DNA from: Eledone cirrhosa
Lineage: Eukaryota
DNA: 64,000 nt
Direction of reading: 5' to 3'
NCBI GenBank assembly: GCA_964016885.1
Contig: OZ024764.1
Coordinates: 13,702,001 to 13,766,000 of the forward strand
In this document: piece by piece, positions 1 to 13,102 of the stretch
Layout: every line of letters begins with the position of its first letter
Numbering within the stretch: position 1 is the first letter of the stretch
The notes under the pieces: generated by a model
Database searches by the model: none
Seen by the model: the letters and a program-made list of their open reading frames with translations, nothing else
What the model was told of the DNA's origin: nothing
Made by a program: the position numbers and the translations under genes

Positions 1-636
1 TATCCCAGTGCATTACTGGTACCTGCATATTAATAATGGGCACAGATTAAAGTCAAAGGCCAGCAATTTTGAGGAATAGAAAGTTGATCAACCCGACCCC
101 CAGTACATTACTGGTACTTTATTTATCGACCGCGGAAGGATGAACGGCAAAGCTAACCCCGGTGGGATTTGAACTCACATAGTTAAAGGGGCATAACTCT
201 ATGCTGCAAAAGATGGCGTCCGACGCTCTACTGGTTGGGTCAATTCACTGCCCCAAATAATAATAACAATAATAGTAATAATTATGTATTACATTAGGCA
301 CAAGGCCAGCAGGTTGAAGGTGGTAAGGAAGTCGATTAAATCAACCCCATTGTATTACTGGTACTTTATTTTATTGACCCCGTAAGGATGAAAGGCAAAG
401 TTAACCAAAGTGGCATTTGAACTCAGATCGTAAAGGGGCATAACTCTTTATATACTATATATATAATATATATATATATTATGTATATATTATATATATA
501 TATTTTATCGATATATATATTATATATATATATTTTATCGATATATATAATATATCGATATATATATTTTATCGATATATATAATATATCGATATATATA
601 TATATAAGATCAAAAGATGGTTAAAGGAGTTCCATG

Positions 637-707
637 TATTTTATTATGCGCATTTCAAAAACAAATATCATCATGCAATAACATTTGTGTTTTCATCAGA
701 TAAAATA
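637..707 (-). ncRNA. Type I minimal hammerhead ribozyme (family C) in a Penelope-like element at ~605-850
   Basis: Minus strand: TATTTTAT-CTGATGA-long helix II (ACAAATGTTATT/GATGATATTTGT)-GAA-ATGCGCAT (palindromic helix III)-A-ATAAAATA. Helix I is 8 bp. Flanked by (TA)n. Confidence 0.85.
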
Positions 708-850
708 GGAGGACATGATATGAAGGTTAAAAACACTTGTGGATAGTGCAGTTTTAAATCAACATATCTCCAGTCCTACAAACTGTAGAGTGCTTCTTAT
801 CCGATATCTGCATGGCTTTATTGAACTACAATAAAACTCACCTCCTACAT

Positions 851-881
<31 letters not shown>

Positions 882-1074
882 GTGAGGTTTTTTTACAAAA
901 TGAAAAAAAAAAAACGGTGTCCTACACAGTGTGAAAGTATTAAGGAAAAAAGATGAAATCGAAAATGCAACTGGAGTTTTTTTTTCTTATATATATACAT
1001 ATATATTATATATAAATCTAATATATTATATATCTATATATATAATATATTATATATATATGTATCTATATATA

Positions 1075-1292
1075 TAACGAAGGAAATGTGGTAAGGAACC
1101 AGGTGGACCATAACGCACCAAAGTACTCAATACTTAGGGTAGTAGAGTGGGTAATAGGAACGAGTAGGACCCCGATGGCTGAGCTCAAGCCGTTTCGACG
1201 GCTAATTCTGGACTAAATGAAATTTTTTATCCAGGATAAAAATTTTCATTTAGTCCAGACCAGAATTAGCCGTCGAGGTCCTACTCGTTCCT
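1075..1292 (-). mobile_element. Penelope-like foldback element, family B (3' half of an HHR). Other copies: ~11684-11878, 12302-12425, 12603-12784, 15770-15850, 16200-16393, 21487-21683, 44236-44448, 45738-45875, 52088-52132, 58870-58918, 59455-59652, 62977-63026
   Basis: Conserved GAA-ACGGC-TTGAGCTC(A/T)-GCCGT-C-GGGGTC (helix III plus GUC site), followed by a ~90 nt tail. The 5' end is inverted and copies are flanked by (TA)n. CTGANGA is not present in any copy. Confidence 0.7.
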
Positions 1293-2254
1293 ATATATAT
1301 ATATATATATAGGCTTAGGGGCTATATGGTTGATTGAATAGAGGCAGTGCTCCAGTATGCCCGCAGTCTAACCAAGAGAAGAACACAGAACTACACAGAA
1401 AAGGTTGAATTCTTTTAATGCAAAATTTTTTTTCTGATTTAGGCACAAGGCCAACAATTTAGGGGGAATTCAATTAAATCGACCTCAGCACATTACTGGT
1501 ACTTTATTTTATCAACACCGTAAGGATGAAAATCAAAGTATACCTCGGCGCGGGATTTGTACCGAGGCCGTAAAGGGCCATAACTTTATGCTGCAAAGCA
1601 TGGCGTCAGACGCTCTACCGATTACTACCAAACCGCCACCGTCGTTTTTGATGCAAATAAAGGTTTCTTATAAAGGCACAAGGCCAGCAATTTTGGGGAA
1701 GGGGAATGTCGATTAAGTCGACCCAAGTGTATTACTGGTAAGGATGAAAGTTAACCTCGGCGAAGGATTTGAACTCAGATCATAAAGGGCCATAACTCTA
1801 TGCTGCAAAGCATGGTGTCCGACGCTCTACCGATACTGCCAAACCAGCGTCCTTTTTGATGCAAATAATGTCAAATAAAAAAGGGTTAAGTCGTATTGTA
1901 TTTCAGGCGAATGATTTGAGGAGAGATGGCTAGATTTGGAGCGCCGAAAACGTAATATCTTGGTTAATATCTATTCTTTATATTTATAATGATCGATTTT
2001 TTTTTGTAATCATTTACATTGGTGCAACTACTTCGATTTCTAATTACAAGGGTCAGCTTAAAAGTTCATAAGGTGACCAAGATACTCTCATGGAATGACC
2101 ACACGGGGTTTATTTTTCAAAAAGGTCTCTGGAAAGAAAATGATTTTATTAAAATACAGCGTAGCCACACCCAAGAAACCTTTCCAGCGCTCCAGCCGTG
2201 ATCACCTCATTTTATTCAGAACTGCGCCATGCGCAGAGTTTTGCTAGAAAAAAT

Positions 2255-2785
2255 TCTCAACCTTAGAAATCTTTGTCGCCTCTCCAACCATGACCAACCC
2301 CATTTAGAACCCAGCGAGTGTGCAGACACAGGATTTAGGATCGGGATAGATGGTCACATTTGGAGCGCTTCCTCCCTCGAAAAAAAAAAAAAAGTGTGAA
2401 ACCCTCAACATTTTTTTTGGGGGGTTCAAACATGAATATTTTAATTTGGAATGGTGAGAGTACGCATGCGCAGAATTCGGGATCGGGGCAATGGAAGTTC
2501 GGAAACACTATTCTGAACCCTAGAAATCAGGGTCACCTCTCCAAGCATGACCAACTCCACCAATTTAGAACTCAGCGAGTGCGTATGCACAGGATTTCGT
2601 ATCGGGATAAACAGTCACAGTTGGAGCGCTTCCTCCTTAAAAAAAAAATAATAAAAACAATAACGTGAAAACCCTCAAAATCTTTTTTATGGGGTTCAAA
2701 CATGAATACCCTTTTTTTATTTTTATTTCGAATGGTGCGAGTACGCATGCGCGGAATTTGGGATCGGGGCAATGAAAGTTTGGAT
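2255..2785 (+). repeat. Diverged tandem duplication (~255 bp x2), each unit carrying an NRF1-like motif
   Basis: Repeated CCTCTCCAA..CATGACCAAC...GGATCGGG...AAACCCTCAA...TACGCATGCGC blocks. Confidence 0.75.
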
Positions 2786-2859
2786 CAAAAACACAATTTT
2801 ATTATGAATAACTCTTTATTTTATTCCGGCGTTCCACCCGTGACCATCCCTTTTTCGTA

Positions 2860-2970
2860 TTCTGCGCATGCGCATTCACATCGCTTACTTTTGATGTATG
2901 GCAGCAGCAGTCATGACCGAGGGTTATACATGCGCATGCGCGTTTCTGACAGCTTCTGAGCATGCGCAAA
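2860..2970 (+). promoter_or_regulatory. Probable promoter with clustered NRF1/EWG sites
   Basis: TGCGCATGCGCA at 2863-2874, TGCGCATGCGCG at 2931-2942, AGCATGCGCA at 2959, and more at 2461 and 2742. CpG-enriched, directly upstream of an ATG and a splice donor. Confidence 0.65.
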
Positions 2971-3025
2971 TTTCATAGCTCAGCAAACGAACATCATTTT
3001 GGATTATACTCCCACAGAAACAAGG

Positions 3026-3062
3026 ATGTACACTGTTGCTTCTAAAGAACTGAATTCAGTAT
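3026..3062 (+). CDS. Candidate first coding exon (MYTVASKELNSV..), unidentified gene
   Basis: AGG-ATG at 3026, open frame to donor GTAAGT at 3063 (alternative donor GTATGT at 3059), then AT-rich intron-like sequence. Confidence 0.45.
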
Positions 3063-3404
3063 GTAAGTAGGAACTTATTTTTTATTTTTTATTTTTATAA
3101 AATTTAATTTTATCAAATATGTCTTCTGTCAATTTTCATTATTACACTTGGTAACGAGATAAGTGTAAATAAATTAAATTAATTTTATATTTATTAATAC
3201 TTTCAATTAATTAGAAAACCAAGCATTGCGTGATATATTTATATAATTATATGTAGTGAATTAAAAAAAAATTTTAATAAATATTTAGTCAAAAAGACCT
3301 CCATTAGTAAATATATAAGCGTGGGTGGACATAAATTCCTTATTGAAAGTTACTTATAACTTTTGGCCAACTGTGACTACTTGGGATAAAACCAAAGACC
3401 TCAT

Positions 3405-3600
3405 AAGAGCACCTCCTTATTTTGCACGCACTGTCTTTGAGTGGTCTGTTGTCCAATTTCCAGGACATTGGTTGGGTTGTAGAGGCCCACGTGAATGGCC
3501 AGCAAGAAGCATTTTGTTAACGCCGTGCGGTTTTCTTTTCCAATGTGTCGGCGGGTGGGCAAAAGAAGTTCGTAGCTCAAAACCAAAAATCTCTGAGTAA
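3405..3600 (+). mobile_element. Tc1/mariner-superfamily transposase relic (DDE/D domain C-terminal part)
   Basis: APPYFARTVFEW...FPGHWLGCRGPREWPARSILLTPCGF..GWAKEV resembles the family motif GAPPH..VR.WL..FP.RWIGR.GP..WPARSPDLTPCDFFLWG..K. Confidence 0.85.
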
Positions 3601-3639
3601 ATTGCAGGAACGCATTTGCAATGTAGAAAGCAACATACA

Positions 3640-4270
3640 GCCAGAGTTCCTAAAAAGTAAGTCAATGATACACCCCCGACTATTACAAACACTGGTAGAC
3701 AATATGGTGACTATGTAGAATTTTAACACTGTATAACATTGTATAACGCCATTATACTGTTTAAAATAAACATGTTTTATGTAAACATGGAGTTTCTTTC
3801 CACATACCCTGTATACCGTCTAAGTTCCTGATGAAATCAGTCAAGGATAAACCTAGGTATTTACAAACACTGGTGGACAACACTGGTATCTATGCAGAAT
3901 TTTAACACTGTACTGCCCTTCTACCAATAATTAATAAAGTTATTAACAGTTTTTAATAGGGAGTTTCCTTATGCCGATCCTGTATAGTGCTTGAGTTCCT
4001 AATGAAAGCAATCAAGGATATACCCAGGCTATTACAAATACTGGTGGACAACACTGGTATCTATGTAGAATTTAAACACTGTACTGCCCTTCTACCAATA
4101 ATTAATAAAGTTATTAACAGTTTTAAATAGGGTGTTTCCTTGTACCCAGCCTTATAGCGCCTGAGTTCCTGATGAAGGCAATCAAGGATATACCCAGGCT
4201 ATTACAAATACTGGTAGACATCACTGGCGCCTATGTAGAATTTCAACACTGTACTGTACTTCTACTAATC
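3640..4270 (+). repeat. Tandem repeat, ~171-178 bp x4
   Basis: TTACAAA(C/T)ACTGGT recurs at ~3683, 3861, 4032 and 4202. Confidence 0.85.
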
Positions 4271-4679
4271 TATATATTACTAAAACTCTGTGATTGCTTG
4301 CTTGCTTGTCTGTCTGTAATGTAATAGAGCCAAAAGGGCGCATAATGGGAAAATACTTTGAAAGGAGGTTGACCCTGAAATGGAGATACAGATGGAATAA
4401 AACAAGTTTCGCGTAAATCGGAGCCCGGGTTCCCGAGATGTGGGATTTTTCTGGGTACCTTCATAAACAGAGACCCCGCAAGGATGAAAGGCAAAGCTAA
4501 CCTTGGCGGGATTTGAACTCAAAACGTATAGGGCTGTAGAAGAAATATATTAGTTGTATATTTTTTCACTTGTATATAATTACTGTATATGACCCAGGGA
4601 GGTAAGATTAGTGGGTGACACCAGTGGGGATCGAGCCATACTGCGTTTCACTCGCTCTCCCCATCTCTCATTATTTTGA

Positions 4680-5770
4680 ATTGGCAGTATCGGTAGAGGG
4701 TTGGACGCCATGCTTTCTAGCATAGTTACGTCCCTTTACAGTCTGAGTTCAAATCCCGCCGAGGTTGACTTTGCCTTTCATCCTTACGGGGGTCGATAAA
4801 ATAAAGTACCAGTAATATACTGGGTAATTGCTGGCCTTGTGCCTAAAGTAGAAACAATTATTTATTCAAAGTAAATCCTGGTTCAAACGTAAACAGCGGT
4901 GGATTGGCAGAATCGGTAGAGGGTCAGACGCCATGCTTTGACGCATAGAGTTACGGCCCTTGCCATTCTGAGTTCAAATCCCGCCGAGGTTAACTTTGCC
5001 TTTCATCCTTACGGGGGTCGATAAAATAAAGTACCAGTAATACACTGGGTAATTGCTGGCCTTGTGCCTAAAGTAGAAACAATAATTATAAGCAAATAGA
5101 AGCCCACGCGCTGCTCGCCACGTGGCTCCGGCGGACAGAATAGAGAAGGCCTTTCCCGGAAGATAGTGTGGGCGACGCGTTTTGAAGAGCCATTCCAGCT
5201 CTCGAGGTTTACACCTGAAGGTAGCTAACCTTCGGGTCCGGGATTGGCCCCTATAGCCAAATCAGTGTGCGCCACCACACGGAGCAGGACAACAATTCTT
5301 CCCACTGATCTTCTCAAGCGAAGAATTCGCCATTCCGCCATTGACAGGTACTTTGTTATCGAAACCTTAAAGCTGAAACTCAAAGTTAGCTTGATGATTG
5401 TTTCTACAATGTAAACATCTATACTATAATAAAGTAAGGGGTGCAGGACTCAGTCCTGTTTATATATTGTTTATCCCGTTAGTAAAATAAGGGCCGTAAC
5501 TCTATGCGTCAAAGCATGGCGTCTGACCCTCTACCGATACTGCCAATCCACCGCCGTTTACGTTTGAAGCAGGATTTACTTTGAATAAATAATTGTTTCT
5601 ACTTTAGGCACAAGGCCAGCAATTACCCAGTGCATTACTGGTACTTTATTTTATCGACCCCGTAAGGATGAAAGGCAAAGTCAACCTCGGCGGGATTTGA
5701 ATTCAGATCGTAAAGGGACGTAACTATGCTGGAAAGCATGGCGTCCGACCCTCTACCGATACTGCCAATT
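4680..5770. mobile_element. SINE-1 cluster: plus copies 4680-4860 and 4900-5088; minus copies 5490-5555 and 5590-5770
   Basis: Same A/B boxes and central domain as the other SINE-1 copies. Confidence 0.85.
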
Positions 5771-6208
5771 GAATAAATATTACATAATTTATCTACTAAA
5801 TTTCCTAGCTGTTGATTAAACATAAATATTCTTATATATAATGATTGTTTATTTTAAGGTCCAGTTCTTTTAAACATGTTTAAATGTCAATATTTCCGGT
5901 TATGATATAATGGACGCCATATCACATCACTTACATAAACCTTCATATATTTACATCGTTATATCATAACATTTATATTTCTGTCGCTAATATTCTCCTT
6001 TTTCGTTTTCATAACATTTCACCGTAATGCAGTTTATATATAATATCGTCTTTTTTTAAATGTATCATGGATTACTTTACTGATTACAGAAGACAGTGTA
6101 ACACAGTCTCTCTTCAATTTCTGTGCATATTCTCAATTACGATTTTATTTGATGTATAATATCTACATGTATATATACTTGTGTATAATATCTACATGTA
6201 TATATCTA

Positions 6209-6360
6209 TCTAAGGCGGGTAAAATTCCCGAGATCCATGGACGAGTTCTCTCCAGCGGTCTCTGTCCCTCATTATCGCCGCCATACCCTGCGTCTCCAAC
6301 AGACCAGTGCCTGTCCTTAGGGCATCAACATACGTTAACCTTGGTCTTCCACTTCCAGTG
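6209..6360 (-). mobile_element. RTE-clade LINE 3' end fragment (also 21697-21843)
   Basis: GRPRLTYVDALRTGTG...MRDRDRWRELV; same family as the fragment at 41867. Confidence 0.85.
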
Positions 6361-6614
6361 TATATACATTTGCGTATAATATCAATATACACACTACAGA
6401 TGCTAGCAGAAAAGCACCCGAATGGTGATTTTTCTTCTAGTACTAATAATATTTGAGAGATGAAAATAAATAAATAATTTTCATAGGTTCCCGGGTATTG
6501 TAATGGTAGGGGTAAATAGTAGGGTACTTTATTAAAGCTCACACCAATGTAGGTTTAACTGACATGCTAAAAGGACGTACCTAGTATCTTCCTCGAGTGT
6601 TTTAATGATAGTTG

Positions 6615-7340
6615 TTGTTGTTACAGCCCACACCTATGCAGGTTTAGCTGGCCCCCTCCAGGGTATATCTCGTTGGAGGTGTCTTGGGTGGTTTAATGAT
6701 AGGGACCCCAGTCCTATCATGTTGTTACAGCCCACACCTATGCAGGTTTAGCTGGCCCCCTCCAAGGTATATCTCGTTGGAGGTGTCTTGGGTGGTTTAA
6801 TGATAGGGACCCCAGTCCTATCTTGTTGTTACAGCTCACACCGAGGCAGGTTTAGCTGGCCCCCTCCAAGGTATATCTCGTTGGAGGTGTCTTGGGTGGT
6901 TTAATGATAGGGACCCCAGTCCTATCATGTTGTTACAGCTCACACCTTATGCAGGTTTAGCTGGCCCCCTCCAAGGTATATCTCGTTGGAGGTGTCTTGG
7001 GTGATTTAATGATAGGGACCCCAGTCCTATCTTGTTACAGCTCACACCGAGGCAGGTTTAGCTGACCCCCTCCAAGGTATATCTCGTTGGAGGTGTCGTG
7101 GGTGATTTAATGATAGGGACCCCAGTCCTATCATGTTGTTACAGCTCACACCGAGGCAGGTTTAGCTGGCCCCCTCCAAGGTATATCTCGTTGGAGGTGT
7201 CTTGGGTGATTTAATGATAGGGACCCCGTCCTATCATGTTGTTACAGCTCACACCTATGCAGGTTTAGCTGGCCTCCTCCAAGGTATATCTCGTTGGAGG
7301 TGTCTTGGGTGGTTTAATGATAGGGACCCCAGTCCTATCA
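6615..7340 (-). repeat. ~100 bp tandem array (7 copies) continuing the body of the adjacent SINE-2
   Basis: Unit contains the hairpin TGATAGGGACCCCAGTCCTATCA, also seen in SINE-2 at ~13357; joined directly to a SINE head at 7340-7482. Confidence 0.85.
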
Positions 7341-7482
7341 TCTCATTTCTCCAGCTGAGTAAACTGGAGCAACGTGAAATAAAGTGTCTTGCTCAAGGAA
7401 ACAACACATCACCCGGTCTGAGAATTGAACTCACAACCTTTCGATTGCAAACCCAATGCTCTAACCATTAAGCCATGCACCT
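7340..7482 (-). mobile_element. tRNA-derived SINE-2 (CORE/V-like CCTTGAGCAAGACACTT). Other copies: 13212-13560(+), 14350-14697(-), 51641-51760(+); fragments 41729-41795(-), 42376-42442(-)
   Basis: A box TGGCTTAGTGGTTAG and B box GAGTTCAATTC. Long copies end with GGAAGGGCATCCAGCTGTAGAAA...(GAT)n, an RTE-type tail. Confidence 0.8.
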
Positions 7483-7484
7483 TC

Positions 7485-9340
7485 ACACTCTATACTCTAT
7501 ATACACAGTCTATACTCTATATATACACTATATACTCTATATATATACACTCTATACTCTATATATACACTCCATACTCTATATATACACTCTATACTCT
7601 ATATATACCCTCTATAGTCTATATATACACTCTATACTCTATATATACACTCTATACTCTATATATACACTCCATACTCTATATATACACTCAATACTCT
7701 ATATATACACACTATACTCTATATATAAACTATATACTCTATATATACACTCAATACTCTATATATACACTCCATAGTCTCTATATATACACTCCATACT
7801 TTATACTCTATATATACACTCAATACTCTATATATACACTCTATACTCTATATATACACTCCATACTCTCTATATATACACTCCATACGCTATATATACA
7901 CTCAATACTCTATATATACACTCCATACTCTATACATACCCTCAATACTCTATATATACACTCCATACTCTATATATACACTCCATACTCTCTATATATA
8001 CACTCCATACTCTCTATATATACCCTCCATACTCTATATATAAACACTCTATACTCTATATATACACTCTATACTCTATATATACCCTCCATACTCTATA
8101 TATACACTCAATACTCTATATATACACTCTATACTCTATATATACACTCTATACTCAATGTATACACTATATACTCTATATATACACTCCATACTCTATA
8201 TATACACTCTATACTCTATATATACACTCAATACTCTATATATACACTCTATACTCTATACATACCCTCAATACTCTATATATACACTCAATACTCTATA
8301 CATACACTCTATACTCTCTATATATACTCAATACTCTATATATACACATTATACTCTATACATATACTCTATATATATACACTCCATACTCTATATATAC
8401 ACTCCATACTCTATACTCTATATATACACTCCATACTCTATATATACATTCTATACTCTATATATATACTCCATACTCTATATATACACTCTATACTCTA
8501 CATATACACTCAATACTCTACATATACACTCCATACTCTATATATACACTCCATACTCTATATATAAACTCAATACTCTATATATACCCTCTATAGTCTA
8601 TATATACATTCAATACTCTATATATACCCTCTATACTCTATATATACACTCCATACTCTATATATACACTCTATACTCTATATATACACTCTATACTCTA
8701 CATATACACTCCATACATACACTCCATACTCTATATATACACTCTATACTCTATATATACACTCTATACTCTACATATACACTCCATACTCTATATATAC
8801 ACTCCATACTCTATATATACACTCTATACTCTATATATACACTCTATACTCTATATATACACTCTATACTCTATATATACACTCCATACTCTATATATAA
8901 ACTCAATACTCTATATATACCCTCTATAGTCTATATATACACTCAATACTCTATATATATACTCAATACTCTATATATATACCCTCTATACTCTATATAT
9001 ACACTCCATACTCTATATATACACTCAATACTTTATATATACCCTCCATACTCTATATATACACTCTATACTCTATATATACACTCAATACTCTATATAT
9101 ACACTCTATACTCTATATATACACTCTATACTCTACATATACACTCAATACTCTACATATACACTCCATACTCTATATATAAACTCAATACTCTATATAT
9201 ACCCTCTATAGTCTATATATACACTCTATACTCTATATATATATACACTCCATACTCTATATATACACTCAATACTTTATATATACCCTCCATACTCTAT
9301 ATATACACTCTATACTCTATATATACACTCTATACTCTCT
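7485..9340 (+). repeat. ~20 bp minisatellite (ACTCTATATATACACTC[C/T/A]AT)n
   Basis: Direct inspection. Confidence 0.95.
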
Positions 9341-9656
9341 ATATAAATATATGTATGTATATATATATACGTAAATGTATGTATATATATACGCAAATGT
9401 ATGTATATATATACGCAAATGTATGTATATATATACGCAAATGTATGTATATATATACGCAAATGTATGTATATATATACGTAAATGTATGTATATATAT
9501 ATACGCAAATGTATGTATATATATACGCAAATGTATGTATATATATACGTAAATGTATATATATATATACATATATGTATATATACATATACAAACACAC
9601 ACCTATATATATACACACACACACACACCCAGATATATATATATATATACACACAT

Positions 9657-9697
<41 letters not shown>

Positions 9698-10211
9698 ATG
9701 TCACTGCCAAACAGGACGTAATTATAAGTTTACAAAGCATATATATACTCATATACGGAAAATGTGAAAAAAAAAATAAAATATACACGTATTTAATATA
9801 TATATTTTCTTCATCATTGTCGTTGTTAATGTGTGTGTATGTTTGTGTATATAAATGTGTATACACATAGGTTAGTGGTTAGTGATCGGCTCATATTAGG
9901 GAGTTCGTAAGTTCAATTCACGGCTCTGCTCTCTGTATTTCAACTAAAGATTATTTTCCTAATCCACTTAGCTGATAAACAAGGTGATGCCCCTTATAAT
10001 TCAAAGTGTGTGTATATATGTATATTATATACACACACACACATATATATATAAATATACACAATTATATGTATATATATATCAATATATAAATACATAT
10101 ATGTATATATATATACATACACATACCTATATATACACATATATATAAATGCATATATATGTATATATATATGTATATATATATACATATATAAATATAT
10201 ATATATATAGA

Positions 10212-10700
10212 TGTCGGGTCACTCTTGAGTGCTACTGGTAACATGTAACCCAGTACAATCTGTCGCATGGCAACCCCACCAAGTTTACTTAGTGAAGAGG
10301 GTGATTTTGGACACCCTGCAGGACAAAAAACAAAACCTGACAAAGGGCGGAAGAACCCATAAGAGTCAACGGCCATCCAAAAGCGTGTAAATATGTATAT
10401 ATACATGTACCGTGCAGTTAAACCACTGGGAGCGAAGGACCCCTAGCCTTTGTCAGGGCATTCTTCTAGGAGAAGGCAACTCAGGAAACTGGGATAACTC
10501 TGATATAAAACCTGCGGCTCAGTAGTTACCGATGATGTTGATCTTTTCTTCTTTTTAGGTTAGCAAAATCTGCAGGTCCTTGCTCATGCCAATCTGCAGT
10601 CAGGAAGTAGGAGGGTAGCCGGAAATTCAGCACACCATAATGTCTACAAAACCCGACACGGTGACCTGTGTTGAGCAATCCGTTTGAAACCTCCCAGTAA
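10212..10700 (+). mobile_element. Probable RTE-clade LINE 5' UTR fragment
   Basis: GGGCGGAAGAACCC...TCTAGGAGAAGGCAACTC...ACTCTGATATAAAACCTG resembles RTE 5' UTR motifs; begins next to (TA)n. Confidence 0.5.
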
Positions 10701-10717
10701 CGCAGAGCTTCTGCCTT

Positions 10718-11570
10718 TAATCCTTACGGGGTCGATAAAATAAAGTACCAGTAATGTACTGATTTAATTGCTGGCCTTGTGCTAATAGTAGAAAAAATTA
10801 TCTTTAAGACCTCTATTGGTCACGAATGGCATGCTTTTTGCACCTAAAAAGTTCCTCTCCGAGGGACGAGTCCGGGCAAGTTGTGGGAGATTAGCAGTCA
10901 GCTATGCATACCAGCCTTCTCCCTCCACGCCACCGATGTTGTCTAAGGTAAACGAAGCTTCGTTTACATATAAAAGATGTTTAGTGTGTATAGAGATGTT
11001 ACGCGCGTTCCGCAGAAGACTGGCTCAACGTCAGTCATAGGGGTTATGGACCCGACTCCACTATCGATGTGCCCTTCCGATTGCCGATGTGACTTCAAAA
11101 TATATATATACACACACATATATATATTTGTCATATCGGTAGTCCGAAGAGCAGATGGCTAGTGGAGTCGGGTCCATAACCCATATGACTGACCTTGAGC
11201 CAATCCTCTGCGGAACGCGCGTAACGGGTCCATACACAATAAATATATTTCATATGTAAAAGAAACTTCCTTTCCCTTTGACAACACCGGTGGCGTGGGG
11301 CGAGGAGGCTGGTATACATGGACCACTGTTGGTCTGCCACAGCTTACCCGGATGTGTCCCTCGTGGGGGAACTTTCTAGGTGCGAAAAGCATGTCATTCG
11401 AGACCGATAGAGATCTTACAAATAATTGTTTTTACTATTGGCACAAGGCCAGCAATTATCCCAGTGCATTACTGGTACTTTATTTTATCGACACCGTAAG
11501 GATGAAAGGCAAAGTTAACCTCTGCGAGATTTGAACTCAGACCTTAAAGGGGCGTAACTCTATGCGGATG
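10718..11570. mobile_element. Composite foldback: SINE-1 part + Ceph-SINE-like domain + antisense HHR-bearing segment, as an inverted pair
   Basis: Arms ~10718-11098(+) and ~11128-11570(-) around a TA/CA spacer. Ceph-like GGTCACGAATG..AAGTTCCCC..TCCGGG..ATACCAGCC..CACGCCACCGATGTTGTC. Confidence 0.75.
11135..11233 (+). ncRNA. HHR-like motif with extended helix II (degenerate). Partners: ~10990-11090(-), 13989-14086(-), 14165-14250(+), ~15172-15272(-), 15362-15462(+)
   Basis: C(C/T)GAAGA-GCAGA-[~50 nt]-TCTGC-G(A/G)AACGCGCGT-A-AC; helix I ATTGGC.GT/AC..GTCGAT in the 15362 copy. Confidence 0.65.
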
Positions 11571-11627
11571 TGAAGCCTCTCTTAACATACTGTTTGCCTC
11601 TATATCGTTGTATTATGAATCATCTAT

Positions 11628-11686
<59 letters not shown>

Positions 11687-11901
11687 CGAAGGAGTTGTGG
11701 TAAGGAACCAGATGGACCATAACGCACCAGAGTACTCAATACTTAGGGTAGTAGAGTGGGAAATAGGAAAAAGTATGACCCCGACAGCAGAGCTCAAGCC
11801 GTTTCGACGGCTATTTCTGTCCAGAAATACCCGTCGAAACCGCTTGAGCTCTGCCGTCGGGGTCATACTTTTTCCTATATATATATATATATATATATAT
11901 A

Positions 11902-12265
11902 TCATCATCATCATCATCGTTTAATGTCCATGTTCCACGCTTGCATGGGTTTGGACGGGAGTTTTCCCACTTGAGTGGTTGTCATTGCTCGCATAGGACT
12001 GTCTGGCGTGTTTTCTACAGCTGGATGCCCTTCCTAACACCAACCACATTTACAGTATGGGACTGGGAGGTTTTTACCGTGTTGCCTACACGGCCACATT
12101 ACAGCGTGGACTGTCTGGCTTGATTTCTACAGCTGGATGCCCTTCCTAACACCAACCACATTTACAGTGTGGGGCTGGGAGGGTTTTACCGTGTTGCCTA
12201 CAAGGCCACATTACAGCGTGGACTGTGTGTTTTTTTGTCGTGACACCTACACGACCTCATTTGTT
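11902..12265 (-). mobile_element. SINE 3' part with RTE-type (GAT)n tail and internal ~115 bp duplication; inverted copy at 15850-16170
   Basis: Repeated CTACAGCTGGATGCCCTTCCTAACACCAACC; tail CCAAACCCATGCAAGCGTGGAACATGGAC.TTAAA(TGA)n. Confidence 0.75.
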
Positions 12266-12919
12266 TCGGCCTGATATATATATATATATACATATATATA
12301 TCAGAAAGGGTGTGGGAAAATACCAGGTGGACCATAATCCGCCAGAGTACACGATACTTGGGGTACTAGAGTTGGTAATATGAAAAGATTCAGGACCCCG
12401 ACGGTTGAGCTACGGCCGTTTCCACATCTATCTATCTATCTATCTATATAAATAACAGATTAAAGTTTAAGCAAAGAATCGCTGCTTTTACTCTTAATGG
12501 GTTTTTATATATTTATATATATATATTATCCTTATCGAGCCCTCTTCGGATTTTAGTCTTCACATATATTATTATTAATATCGTATATATATATATATAT
12601 ATATAGGAACAAGTAAGACCCCGACGGCTGAGCTCAAGCCGTTTCGACGGCTAATTAGACGTCGAAACGGCTTGAGCTCAGCCGTCGGGGTCTTACTTGT
12701 TCCTATTACCCACTCTACTACCCTAAGTATTGAGTACTTTGGTGCGTTATGGTCCACCTGGTTCCTTACCACATTTCCTTCGTTATATATATATATATAT
12801 ATTCATTAGTTAAGCAAAACAAGACCACAGATTTCACAAGGAAGACATTATTAAAAGATTGTCAGCATATTTTAGTTTGATGTAAGGAATGTAGAGAATA
12901 ATAATAATAATAATATTAA

Positions 12920-13102
12920 TAATAATTGTTTCTACTTTAGGCACAAGGCCAACAATTACCCAGTGCATTACTGGTACTTTATTTTATCGACCCCGTAAAG
13001 ATGAAAGGCAAAGTTAACCTCGGCGGAATTTGAACTCAGACTGTAAAGGGACGTAACTATGCTAGAAAGCATGGCGTCCGACCCTCTACCGATACCGCCA
13101 AT
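12920..13102 (-). mobile_element. SINE-1. Further copies: 32205-32422(-), 35860-36030(+), 56250-56440(-), 56450-56546(+), 59140-59330(-), 62650-62832(-)
   Basis: Near-consensus match to the other copies. Confidence 0.9.

Larger units (their letters stand above)
39..1850 (-). mobile_element. Four copies of tRNA-derived SINE-1 (~39-255, 296-448, 1440-1640, 1673-1850)
   Basis: Reverse complement has A box TGGCAGTATCGGTAGAG, B box GAGTTCAAATCCC and central GCCTTTCATCCTTACGGGGTCGATAAAATAAAGTACCAG (resembles the Meta/Sauria-type SINE domain). Confidence 0.85.
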
